A DNA stretch of 64,000 bases from Octopus vulgaris (taxonomy: Eukaryota), in contig OX597821.1 of the NCBI GenBank assembly GCA_951406725.2, forward strand, positions 40,734,001 to 40,798,000, written 5' to 3'. Below, piece by piece: positions 39,060 through 51,870 of this stretch. The stretch's first letter is position 1. Each line of letters opens with the position of its first letter. Made by a program: the position numbers and the translations under genes. A model generated the notes under the pieces. It made no database searches and had not been told where the DNA came from. It was given only the letters and a program-made list of their open reading frames with translations.

Positions 39060-40433
39060 GGCGCAGGAGTGGCTGTGTGGTAAGTAGCTTGCTTACTAAC
39101 CACATGGTTCCGGGTTCAGTCTCACTGCATGGCACCTTGGGCAAGTGTCTTCGACTATAGCCTCAGGCCAACTAAAACCTCGTGAGTGGATTTGGTAGAT
39201 GGAAACTGAAAGAAGCCCGTCATATATATGTATATGTGTGTATGTGTGCATGTGTGTGTGTGTGTGTGTGTATTTGTGTGTCTGTTTGTCCCCCAACATT
39301 GATTGACAACCGATGCTGGTATGTTTACGTCCCTGTAACTTAGCGGTTCAGCAAAAGAGACCAATAGAATAAGTACTAGGCATACAAAGAATAAGTCTTG
39401 AGGTCGATTTGCTCGACTAAAGGCGGTGCTCTAGCATGGCCACAGTCAAATGACTGTGTGGTAAAATGTTTGCTTTCCAGTCACGTGGTTCCAGGTTCAG
39501 TGCCACTGAGCAGTACCTTGGGCAAGTGTCTTCGACTTTGGCCTCAGACTGACCAAGGCCTTGTGAGTGGATTTGCTCGGCAGAAACTGAAAGAAGCCTG
39601 TCGTATGTGTGTGTGTGTTTGTGTGCATGTGCACAAGTGCTTGACGACCGATGCTGGTGTTTTAAGTCCCCTTTTAGTTGTTTTGCAAAACAGACTGACA
39701 GAATAAATGTCAGGTTTCAACAAAAACGAAATAAGTCCTGGGTCAATTCATTCCACTGAAGTTCTTGAAGCTGGTGCCCCATCATGGCCACAGTCTAATG
39801 ACTGAAACAACTAAAAGATTATATACATAGTGGGCCATTTAGCTCGATGGTAGAGTACTCAGCCGGCATCTGAGGAGTACAGGTTCAACTCCCAAAGACA
39901 ACTGCTTTTTTCCATCTTATAAAGGTAAAATACCCAGTGGCTGTGTGGTAAGTAGCTTGTTTACCAACCACATGGTTCCGGGTTCAGTCCCACTGCGTGG
40001 CATCTTGGGCAAGTGTCTTCTAACTATAATCTCGAGCCGACCAAAGCCTTGTGAGTGGATTTGGTAGGCGGAAACTGAAAGAAGCCTGTCATCTTTCCTT
40101 CTTCCCTTCTTTCCTGAGCGTCCAATAATACTATATTTGTTCCATGTCCTCGCGTTGTTGTGTTTTTTTGTGTTTTCTTGTTTGGATTAACTATATATAT
40201 GTATGTGTGTGTGTTTGTGTGTCTGTGTTTGTCCCCCTAGCATTGCTTGACAACTGATGCTGGTGTGTTTATGTCCCCGTCACTTAGCGGTTCGGCAAAA
40301 AGAGACTGATAGAATAAGTACTGGGCTTACAAAGAATAAGTCCTGGGGTCGAGTTGCTCGATTAAAGGTGGCGTTCCAGCATGGCTGCAGTCAAATGGCT
40401 GAAACAAGTAAAAGAATAAAAAAATAAAAAGAA
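39060..40433 (+). mobile_element. Cluster of three SINE family B/B-like copies
   Basis: Heads at 39060, ~39455 and 39936; the third carries an internal Penelope-like piece at ~40092-40192 matching 10993-11095 in reverse. Confidence 0.88.
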
Positions 40434-41220
40434 TCTTTCTGCTGTTTTCACACATTTACTGCATTCAAAATTTACTTTCTTCCCTGTAATATATCATCAT
40501 CATAAATCATCATCGTTTAACGTCTGTTTTCCATGCTGGCATGGGTTGGACGGTTCGATGGTGGGGTCTGGGAAGCCAGGAGCCTGCATCAGGCTCTGAT
40601 CTGATCTGGCAGTGTTTCTACAGCTGGATGCCTTTCCTAACGCCAACCACTCTGAGAGTGTAGTGGGTGCTTTTTACATATGACCAGCACAGGAGCCAGT
40701 CAGAGTGAGGGGGCTGGCATGGTTGGCATCAACCACATTTGGATGGTGCTTTTTACGTGCCACCAGCATGGGGAACCAGCGAGGCATTGCTGGCATCAGT
40801 CACCACTACAATTTCCATTTGGCTGTGGCGTTATTCGATTTTGATGTACTTAACTCAATAGGTCGCCTCAAGCACCGTATGTTGCCCTACGATCCACAGG
40901 TACGTTTTGAGTGGGCTGGTTAATGGTTAATCTACTCCATTCCTTAATTCTTGTATATATATGTGTGTGTGTATATGTGTGTGTGTGTGTATATGTGTGT
41001 GTGTGCGTGTGTGTGTGTGTATGTGTGTGTTTGTGTGTGTGTGTGTGTATGTGTGTGTTTGTGTGTGCGTATGTGTGTGTGTATGTGTGTGTGTATGTGT
41101 GTGTGTGTGTGTGTGTGTAAGTGTGTGTATTTATAAATATAGAATGGTGGTACAACAATGCACCAATGTTTACTGGAAATACTAATTGATAATATATAAC
41201 GCTATAGTAAAGCTTCACTG

Positions 41221-41262
<42 letters not shown>

Positions 41263-41296
41263 CATACATACATACATACATACATACATACATACA

Positions 41297-41319
41297 CTTT
41301 GGTCCTTTTTTTTATATTG

Positions 41320-41350
<31 letters not shown>

Positions 41351-41588
41351 TTTATGTTCATCTTCCATGCTGGCATGGCTAGACAGTTTGACCAGTACTG
41401 GTAAGCCAGGGGCCACATCAGTTTTGGCATGGTTTCTACGGCTGGTTGCCCTTCTTAATGCCAACCAATTCATAGAGTGTACAGGGTACTTTTGATATGG
41501 CCCCAGCGCCAGTGCTTTCAACATGGCACCAGCACTGGGTATAGCACCGTGCTAGATATCTTACACCTTAGTCATCTTCTCTGTAAGG

Positions 41589-41590
<2 letters not shown>
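41297..41590. repeat. Arm 2 of the inverted duplication, embedded between (TACA)n and (TA)n
   Basis: Reverse complement of 37635-37926. Confidence 0.9.
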
Positions 41591-41652
<62 letters not shown>

Positions 41653-42578
41653 TCAGCTGGCGAAAATGTGTTGTTCTGTAATTCAAAAAGGCCGGGCTTG
41701 TCATATTCTGTGTCATGCTGGATCTGCCTACGAAATGTTATGGCTACTTGTGGCTGTGGAGCACTCAGCCACGTGGACATCAGTTTCAGGAGCAGGCTGT
41801 TCTGCTGATCAGATGAACTGGAACCCTTGTCTTTGGAACTGAAGGAATGTCAGTTATGTCTCTCTCCAGAAGCAAGAGACTAATTCATTCAGGGGTGGGG
41901 GGTATCAATTCTTCTCCAAATATATTTTGCTGGTTCTTTAGTTTAAAACATCGAATTATTGGCCATTAGCTTATAAACTCAGTCATTACTACAGCTATCG
42001 TATTGCATCCCAATAATAAATTTGTCTTTGTTTTTCAAGTATGTTTTTGTTTTTGTTTCGGCTTATATTTTTTTTCTTTCTCCACACCACATACGACACA
42101 CTGCCTGATTTAGTTGTCATTTGTATTTTATAGATGAGTGATTAGCCACAGAAATCTAACAATCAAACAATCAATTTGTGAAAATATAGTATACAATTAT
42201 TGAAATAGCTCACCCTACCCCCATTAAAAAAAGAAAATGAAACTACCTCCTTCTGAAATAGCAAATTGAATGTAGAATCGATGTTCAGTATTAGAAGACT
42301 GCTTTGTGTGATTTTACTAATAACATGTATTAGGAAACTCCTCTTTCATTATCTTCAGAATTATTTTCAGAAGGTTAAAAGAACTCAATACTTGATATAA
42401 AGTTGGTATAATTTCGGTTTAATTCTGATATTTGGTAATCAATAACTTAAAGTTTCATGTTTGAATGCTTTTCCATATTGGGTGACATAAGAACACAGTT
42501 TATAAATGTCTACATGGAAACAACACACAAAGAATACTTTAAATTGTAAGTTACTAACATGAGGTGTCACATGTAGAC

Positions 42579-42637
<59 letters not shown>

Positions 42638-42848
42638 GGTGTATGTATGTCTCGAGAGAAGGAGATTAAAATCATTAGAATTTCCCTGAATGGCTTCCTT
42701 CTGACCATCGAAAAACACAGAAAAATAAACATTAAAATGATGATGACAGTGATGATGATGATGGTGATAATGGTGATGATGATAATGGCGATGGTGGTAG
42801 TGGTGGTGGTGATGTTGATGATGATGGTGATGATGATGATGGTGATGG

Positions 42849-42886
<38 letters not shown>

Positions 42887-43339
42887 GTGGTGTGATGTGT
42901 ATGTGTATGTGTGTGCGCATGTGATCCTCATCTTTATTTAAAGTCTATTTTCAATGCTTGCATGGGTGAGACCAGATACGTTGAGACAAATATTTTGCGG
43001 CTGGATGCTGTTCCTGTTGCCTACCCTCCCCTGGTTCCAAGCAAGGCAATATTCCTCTATGGCCAAACATGTTTTTTATGGAAGACTGGAAAGAAACAGC
43101 CTTGCTTCTGTAATGAGGCTGTTCACTTATACACATCACATGATGTCTAAACTAGGATACACACACGCAAAACCTCAAAACCCACCAATATACATACATA
43201 TATGATGGGCTTTCATGCACAAGATTTTGGTTGACCCAGGATTATAGTAGAAGACATTTACCTGAAAATGCCACTCAGTTGGCTTAAGCTGAAGATCATA
43301 TGGTTGGAAAGCGAACTTCTTAAATGCCCTTCATAATAC

Positions 43340-44555
43340 CAACCACTGTGAGAGTGTAGTGGGTGATTTTACATGCCACCAGCATGGGAGGCAGTCAGCA
43401 GCCCTGGCAATGATCATGCTCGGATGGTGCTTTTAGTGCTCCACTAGCACAGATGCCAGTCAGGCCGTGTTGTTATCGGCCACATCAGCGAATTTGATTT
43501 CGATTTCACTTGCCTCAACAGGTCTTCACTGTACTCGTTGCCAACCTTCACCTTACTGACAGCATCCCTGTACATGGCTTGCACAGCTCTCACTAACCAT
43601 TCATCTATCCCTAGTTTCCTCATTGACCACCAGATAAGGGTTCAGGGGACCCTGTCAAAGGCTTTCTCCATGTCAACGAAAGTCAGGTACAGAGGTTTAT
43701 CTTTGGCTAGGTATTTCTCCTGCAGCTGCCTTACCAGAAATATAGCATCAGTGGTGCTTTTTCCTGGCATGAATCCAAACTGCATCTCATCTAGATTGAC
43801 CCTCTCCCTAATTAGTTGGGCTACAATCCTCTCCGTGACTTTCATTACCTGATCCAACAGCTTGATACCTCTGTAATTATTTGTATCTAAAGCGTCACCT
43901 TTACCTTTGTAACAATTGACTGTGGTGCTGCTACACCAGTCATTGGGTATGACTCCATGTATCACCTGGTTGACTATATGGGTGACTAGACTATAGACGA
44001 CACTGCCAGATATTTTGAGTATCTCTGCAGGGATTCCTGATGGGCCAGGGGCTTTCCCTGTCTTCATACCCTTAATTATTTTACCTACCAAGGCACTGTC
44101 AATTCGGATAGCTAGTTCCTCTGTTGGGTCGGCATTTGGCAAGCTCTCTTTCTCCCATTCATTCTCTTTATTTAGCAACCTTTCATAGTGGCATCTCCAA
44201 ACCTCTCCCGTTGCAGCCTCATTTAATGCAAGTGAACCATCATACATGAGGACACATTTCTGTCCTACATCACAATTCTCTCTCACACACTGTCTTGCAA
44301 CACAAAATACCTCAAGTCTTTGGTCCTCACGGTGCAGAATATAGGCAAATTTTTTTTTATCTGCTTCCCCTCTAACTAAATAAACTTGTCTCCTAGCTTC
44401 CCTTCTGGCAGTCTGATACCATTCCCTGCTACCACTGTTCTTCCAGTCCTTCCAAGCCTGTTTCTTTTCCCTAATGGCCCTGTCAACTACATTGTTCCAC
44501 CACCACGTTATCTTGGGTTGAGAGGGGTCTTTGCACCATCCACAGATCTGGTCCG
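43340..44555 (-). mobile_element. RTE-clade LINE, 5'-truncated and internally deleted (RT N-half joined to 3'UTR)
   Basis: ORF 43642-44604: KAPGPSGIPAEILK, YKGKGD..NNYRGIKLL, QFGFMPGKSTTDAIF, FVDMEKAFDRVP; continues past a stop to VKVGNEYSE, then jumps to UTR GACCTGTTGAGGCAAGTGAAATC. Confidence 0.95.
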
Positions 44556-44864
44556 TATATATGTATGTATGTATGCATGTATATATGCATATATATGTAT
44601 GCATGTATACATGGTAAATGAAAGACTGAAGATGGAATATACGAGAATTTATTATTAATTACAACAATTGTTTTGATACATCTAGCATTGATCCTTCACA
44701 GGTGGAACACTCAACTGTGCAGAAGTGTATCATCAGGTGATAAATAGACACAACTCATTAAAATAACAGTTCTGCAATGTACTTCTTCATTTCAAAGAAA
44801 GAAAAGCAGCAAAACGAAAGAAATATCTTCATTTACATAGAAAATCAAAATTAAAATCACAGAT

Positions 44865-45281
44865 GTGCAGGAGTGGCTGTGTGGTAAGTAGCTTGTTCAC
44901 CATCCACATGGTTCCGGGTTCAGTCCCACTGTGTGGCACCTTGGGCAAGTGTCTTCTACTATAGCCTCTGGCCGACCAAAGCCTTGTGAGTGGATTTGGT
45001 AGATGGAAACTGAAAGAAGTCCGTCGTATATATGTATATATATATATATATGCATGTGTGGGTCTGTGTGTCTATGTTTGTCCCCCTAGCATTGCTTGAC
45101 AACTGATGCTGGTGTGTTGACGTCCCCGTTACTTAGCGGTTCGGCAAAAGAGACCGATAGAATAAGTACTGGGCTTACAAAAGAATAAGTCCCGGGGTCG
45201 AGTTGCTCGATTAAAGGTGGTGCTCCAGCATGGCTGCAGTCAAAATGACTGAAACAAGTAAAAGAGTAAAAGAGTAAGAGT
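44865..45281 (+). mobile_element. Full-length SINE family B
   Basis: Collinear with 15714; (GTAAAAGA)n tail. Confidence 0.93.
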
Positions 45282-45860
45282 ATGCAACCCCCCCCCCCCC
45301 AAAAAAAGACGAAGACACAATGCAAGAAAAGTATTGAAAATAAATATTAACAAATATATAACTATGTTATATGTATATATGTAAAAAATAAATAATAATA
45401 ATAATGAGTAGGTGTAAACACATGAACAAAATATAAATAAACAAAAACAAAAGCAAGAAACAAATTACACGAACATATATAAACACGAGATACAAATATT
45501 ATAGGCATTTCCCCCCCCACACACACACACACTGACTAAACATAGACACACAGAGGTATATGCATGCGCAAATGAAGACACATACAATAGGAATACAAAA
45601 TACAAAATGGCTGACCATTAGTAAGGAGAGACACACAAATAAGAAAGAAGAAAGCAAAGGACCACTGATGCGGTCACAGGAGTGTGACAAAAGAACTCTA
45701 GCCGAAATACGATTAAGATTAATGTAAAAAATAAATAACACCAAATATATAGTGCGTGTGTTTTTATTGGCTAAACTGGCAAAATGACCATTCCTAAATA
45801 CAACAATATCTGTTTCAACACACGATTTCACATCAAAAATCTTGCAAAACAAATATATAA

Positions 45861-45897
<37 letters not shown>

Positions 45898-45924
45898 CAT
45901 ATTCATACATATGTATATGTTTGC

Positions 45925-45978
<54 letters not shown>

Positions 45979-47032
45979 GGATAGATAGATGTGTGTGTAT
46001 ATATATAAAGACATGGTATTAGTACCACTTTGGTGCTTGTGTCAGGTAAAAGTATGCTGTTCACTCTGTAAAGTGGTTGGCATTAGGAAGGGTATCTAAC
46101 TGGAGAAACCATGCTAAAACAGATGAGTGGCACCAAGTGCTCTTGCCAGCTCCTGTCAAACTATCCCTCTTCCATGCCAGTAAGGAAGATGGATGTGATA
46201 TGATGACGATGATGATGATTTATATGTATGTGTTGACATCATAAGAGTTTATAAACTTTGGAGAGAACGTGCAATAATTCTCTTTTGGGATTGGTTCTGA
46301 AAGTATAAATAAATATATATTAAACCATAAAGAATAATGTGTAAATATCGGGTTGCAAAACCATTTTGGACAGAAAACATAAACGCTCTGCACACAATGA
46401 CAGTGGGGGGGTGTAGGAGGTGGAAGTATAGTAAGGGATATCTTTATATTCCATAATTGGAAATACCAATTTCTGATGAGATTTCCCTCACTTCATTTCA
46501 CTCGTATAAAAATTGCCTTCACATGAAGACACAACCTAACAAGGAAAACCTCTACATTGTCAGATTATGTGGGAAAAATAGCCGCTAAATATTCCTTAAA
46601 TCATAGCCTATCATCTTTAGAAAGGAAGGACATGAAGGACAAATTAAGTTGAAGATAGACAATGTTTGCGGAAAAAGATAAGATCATCAAGGCTGGAGCA
46701 AGTAAGATGATAATCTGGTCTGCTACAGACTGGTACGGTTCCAATCAAGCTAGGAAAATTGGATGAGAAAATACAAAGGTAATGTTGAGGGTGGTGGTGG
46801 TGGTGATGGTGGTAGTGGTGGTGGTGGTGGCAGTGGCGGCAGCAATGGGGTGTGGCGGTGGTGATGGTTGTGGCTGTACTGGTGATGATGTTGATATTGT
46901 TAATGATAATGAGGAGGACGAGGGGAGGTAGAAGAAGGTTGTTAATGATTGTAATGATGATGATGATCATAGTGAGACTGACACCACAGTCACCACTGCT
47001 ATCGCCACCACTACCCACTGCTAATGATGACA

Positions 47033-47073
<41 letters not shown>

Positions 47074-47829
47074 GAGGAGGAGGACGATGATGGCGACGAT
47101 GGGAAGGAACAGTAACTCACTAAGACTGGCCAGTGTAGGAGCAGACTAACCAATAGATATTTCATAAGACAAACCAAAAATAAAAAGCAAATCATAATCA
47201 AAAACAAAAACATTTTCAATATAAACATTAAAAAAAACACAAAAAACCAGTAACATCACTATGGCTGGGGTAAGTGTTGCATTATTTATAGCTAAATGAG
47301 ACGAAGCAGTAAAATATTTGGCATTCACAGATGTCATTTACATCCAATTATCTTCTGAAACCACTACAAATCAACTGAATTTTGTTGTTTTACCACCTAC
47401 CAGTCCCTGCCACCAATGCAAGATATAGCTGCAATGATAAGGGACTACCTGTCATACAGGCCCTCACAAACACACATTCATACTCATACAATCATATATA
47501 CACACACATTATATATGTATATACATACATAGATATACATACATGCACACACATATACATATGTAGTATATATTATGCTCTGTACTCAACAAACGCTTTA
47601 TTTTGAAGCTTATGTATATTGAGTTCTAAACACAGGTCGTATGGTATATACACACTTGTATATATCAACCAAATCAAAGACACCGGAATAGATGTTGCTA
47701 TAAGATGTCAGCCAGCTAAGAAAATAGCAAATGACTCATCATTGCCATTTTAGTAAAAAGAAGTAACCCCATAGCCAACCCCCATACATACATACATACA
47801 TATATATGTGTGTGTGTGTATAGATGTAT

Positions 47830-48040
47830 ATATACATATGGTTGGAATTTACAAAAAAAAAACAAAGCAAGAGACAAAGACAAGTGTGTAAACAACAAAC
47901 AGATTTATTAGTTTAAGGCTTGGGAAGTGAGAAAGTCTTTTATGTTTTGAGCCTACACTCTTCAACAGAAAGGAACACAGAAATAAGCAGAGAGGGAAAA
48001 TAAAAAAAAGTTTAGTGGCTAGTGATCAATCATGGTGAAT
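47830..48040 (-). mobile_element. Penelope-like pLTR-type repeat next to (TA)-rich tracts
   Basis: Same family as 58560-58750 and 59210-59436; decayed CTGTTGAAGAG.GTAGGCTC.AAAC motif. Confidence 0.65.
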
Positions 48041-48086
48041 ATATATACATATACATACATACGTACACATATTTACTATATATATG

Positions 48087-48128
<42 letters not shown>

Positions 48129-48574
48129 TAAGCAGAAAATGGAGAAATTCTTGATCAACAACAAATTGACTAACATCAATTATTAAATTTTAATACAAAA
48201 CTTTGTGGGTAAAGTTTTGTATTAAAAAATAATTATTGATGTGAGGCAATTTGTTGTGTGTTTGTCACCCCCACCCCAACATCGTCTGACAACCGATGGT
48301 GGTGTATTTACATCCCCATAACTTAGTGGTTCAGTAAAAGCAACCAATAGAATAAGTACTATGCTTACAAAGAATAAGTCCTGGGGTCGATTTGCTTGAC
48401 TAAAGGTGGTGCTGCAGCATGGCCACAGTCAAATGACTGAAACAAGTAAGAGTAAAAGAGTAAAAGAGCCTCAGGTGACCAAAGCCTAATAAGCGGATTT
48501 GGTTGATGGAAACTGAAAGAAGCCCATCATATATGTGTATATGAATGTGTGCATATATCTGTGTATGTATCAGT

Positions 48575-48614
<40 letters not shown>

Positions 48615-48617
<3 letters not shown>

Positions 48618-49040
48618 TCACCATCATCATCATCATTGTTTAACATCCAATTTTCATGCTGGCACCAGGCTCCAATCTGATATGGTAATATTTCTACAGC
48701 TGGATGCCCTTTCTAATGCCAACCACTCCGAGAGTGTAGAGAGTCCTTTTTATGTGCCACCGACATGGAAGCCAGTCATGCAGCCTTGGCATCAATCACA
48801 TTTGGATAGTGCATTTTATATTCCACCGGCACAGGGGCCACTCAGGGGGCACTGGTATCAGCCACTTTTGGATGGTGGTTTTTATGTGTCACTGATACAG
48901 GAGCCAGTCAGGTGGCCCTGGCATCGATCACATTTGGATAATGCTTTTTACATGCCACCGTCACAGGAGCAGGTCAGGGAGCACTGACATCAGCCATGTT
49001 CAGCTGGTGCTTTTTATGTGCCACCTGCACGGGAGCCAGT
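48615..49040 (-). mobile_element. RTE 3'UTR with an expanded 66-bp tandem repeat (~4.5 units)
   Basis: Unit starts at 48746, 48812, 48878, 48944 and 49010. Confidence 0.88.
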
Positions 49041-49834
49041 TATATATGTATTAGATTTATTCAGATGAAAAAATTACTTCAAATCCTAAGGGAATTGTTC
49101 CCTAGGTTTCTAATTTCTTTTATCATACAGTTTTTTTTTTACAAATTTCGTATATCCCTTTGAATATATCAGCTTTTCTTTGATTTAGACACTGTTTCAT
49201 TTCCAGAGAGTTATGTTTTGGGTCAATTTTGCTTTTATATTTCGCTTCTACATAAACTGCATTTCATCACTTCTCTTTCGATGTTTCATTTTCCTTTCGT
49301 CTTCTTTCATTCCACTTCTTCAACAGTGAAGTTTGTCATTTTTTAAACGAATGTTGTTCAAGTTAGAATTATGATTTGTTTTTTTGCTTAATATTTTAAA
49401 AACTGAAAAACAAGGTCTCAAACGTCAAGAAAGTTGGTTTCTCAAGAAATGTAAGGATTCAACAGAAACTGCAAAACTGTTTATTAAAAACAAAGCAATC
49501 ATTACAACAATCAGAAGAAATGAGGAAAACGTCAGAATCACTCCTGGTTCTATGATATAAACTTCCTGTTTCAAACGGATCTTAGTTAAAATCTGTCCAT
49601 CAAAATTTCCTGTTAATTTATGTTCCAAACAGCAACTTAATAAAGACAAAGTTATTTTACTTAATTCTTCGTTATTTTCTAAATTCATTGAAACAAAGCA
49701 ACATATTTCAGCAGGAATTTGGTAACAAAAGTGTTCACTCACACACCATATATTATATGTAGTGATATTATGGAAAGAATGGATAAAGTTCTATCATTTT
49801 TCGTAGAAGCAAAACACAATGTTATGACATGTGT

Positions 49835-50125
49835 TTGTTCATTCGTTCATTCATTCATTCATTCGTTCATTCATTCATTTGTTCGTTCGTTCATTCATTC
49901 ATTCGTTCATTCGTTCGTCCATTCATTCGTTCATTCATTTGTTCATTCATTCATTCATTCGTTCGTTCATTCATTCGTTCATTCATTCATTCATTCATTC
50001 ATTCATTCATTCATTCATTCATTCGTTCATTCATTCCTTCATTCGTTCGTTCATTCATTCGTTCATTCATTCATTCGTTCATTCATTCATTCGTTTATTC
50101 GTTCCTTCCTTCATTCATTCATTCC
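49835..50125. repeat. (TTCA)n/(TTCG)n tetranucleotide array
   Basis: Direct inspection. Confidence 0.97.
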
Positions 50126-51307
50126 TTTGTTCAGAGGCATCTTTTTGTCTCTCATGGCCATGGATTGGTGCCTGAAAAGTCTTGTTTTAGTTTCGTGAGA
50201 AGAGAAGCATCTGCTGTGACTATAGAGATCCATGTGTGAACAATTGCACCAACCACATTTATAAGCATTATAAAATTTGATGAAATACTTCAAAAATAAA
50301 AGATTTTGTCTTCGTATAGAAGTGTGGTTGCAATGTTCACCTTTTAAGTATCTGGTTTCTAGGTTCGGTCCCACTGTATGGTACCTTGGACAAGTCCCTT
50401 CAATTACAGCTTCAGGTTAACCAATGTCTTGTGAGTAAAATCTATGAGAAGGAAACTGTACAGAAACTCTTCATTCTTTCTTTCATTTTCTTTGTTTAAA
50501 AACTCACAGCATGCATATACTTACACACACATACACACATACTTAAAAACACATACTTACACACACATACTTACTTACACATATTTACACACATCTACAT
50601 TCACACACACATATATATATACATATTTATACAAACAAGTATAGATTTAAAATGGCAAAGAACATCTCAAAGAACCCCTTCCCAAACTCCCTCTTTCCCA
50701 AACCCAAATAACCAAATTTGACTCCAGATTTTTTTCACCTTATTCACATATCTATAAAAGGTAAGAATTATTTATGAGAAATCATTCATGGTGAATCCCT
50801 AAAAAAAATAAAAGGGCTAAATAAATATGTTTATTTGTTTTTCAAAATTCCTGATGTAAAATTGTGCGTTTGAAAAGATATTGTTGCACCTACTATAAAT
50901 TCGTTCTTCACTTCAAATCTATTATTATTCTTCATTCTTGTTGTCCGGACAAAGGACAAAAACTAAGAACAATAATAAATTTGAAGTGAAGAATGAATAA
51001 ACAGTGTGTGAGTTTATTTGGCGAAAAAATTGAAAAAATGACCATCTCAAAATATAACAATAGCTAAATAGATACTTTTTATTCAAATGTTGACTGTCCC
51101 CTTTTTCTTAACATATAAAGTCACCATTTCAGCAATTTATGTATGTGCATGTATACATGAGTGTGTATATACATGCATGTGTGTATGTGCATGTGCATGT
51201 GTGTGTGTGTGTGAGTGCATGTGCGTATGAGTGTTTGTTTCAATGTGTCTTTGTGTTGACATAATTTGAGCTCAAAGCAGTGACAGCTGTTTAGATGTCC
51301 CTTAAAC

Positions 51308-51870
51308 CAGTGTTACTCAAAGTGGTGGTCCATGGACCAGCACCGGTCCGCAGACCAGCACCAGTCCGCAAGCCATCAGCTGCTGGTATGCGGCAAGTTT
51401 CCAGAAAAGAAAGAAACATTATAAAATGCTTATAAAATGCTTGTGTAATATTGTATTATTTGTTTACAAAATGAATATCAGATGAAAAAAATTGTCAACT
51501 TTTATTATATTCATTATATAAGGCGGCAAGCTGGCAGAAACGTTAGCACGCCGGGTGAAATGCTTAGCGGTATTTTGCCTGTCTTTATGTTCTGAGTTCA
51601 AATTCCGCCAAGGTCAACTTTGCCTTTCATCCTTTTGGGGTCAATAAACTAAGTACCAGTTGCATACTAGGGTCGATCTAATTGGCTGCCGCCTCCAAAA
51701 AAAAAACAAAAAAAATTTCAGGCTTTGTGCCTAGAGTAGAAAAGATTATATTTATTACATATATTGTTTTCAGTATAAATTAATATTACTAAGAAATATT
51801 ACCGATCCCTGGCACATTGGAATAAAAAAAAACTGCCAGTATGCCACATCAGATAGTTTGTGAAGCACTG
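51308..51870. mobile_element. hAT (Charlie/Buster-like) MITE with an 8-bp TSD, containing a nested SINE A (~51521-51745)
   Basis: CAGTGTTACTCAAA..TTTGTGAAGCACTG ends; TSD CCTTAAAC / CCTTGAAC. Confidence 0.88.

Noticed and set aside
48746-49040. Regularly spaced repeats resembling a CRISPR array
   Set aside because: Whole units are homologous with no unique spacers, they lie in an RTE UTR, there are no cas genes, and the context is eukaryotic.
49425-49742. 105-aa minus-strand ORF with a hydrophobic stretch
   Set aside because: Non-ATG start, no recognisable family and no clear splice pair; a chance ORF in AT-rich DNA is plausible.
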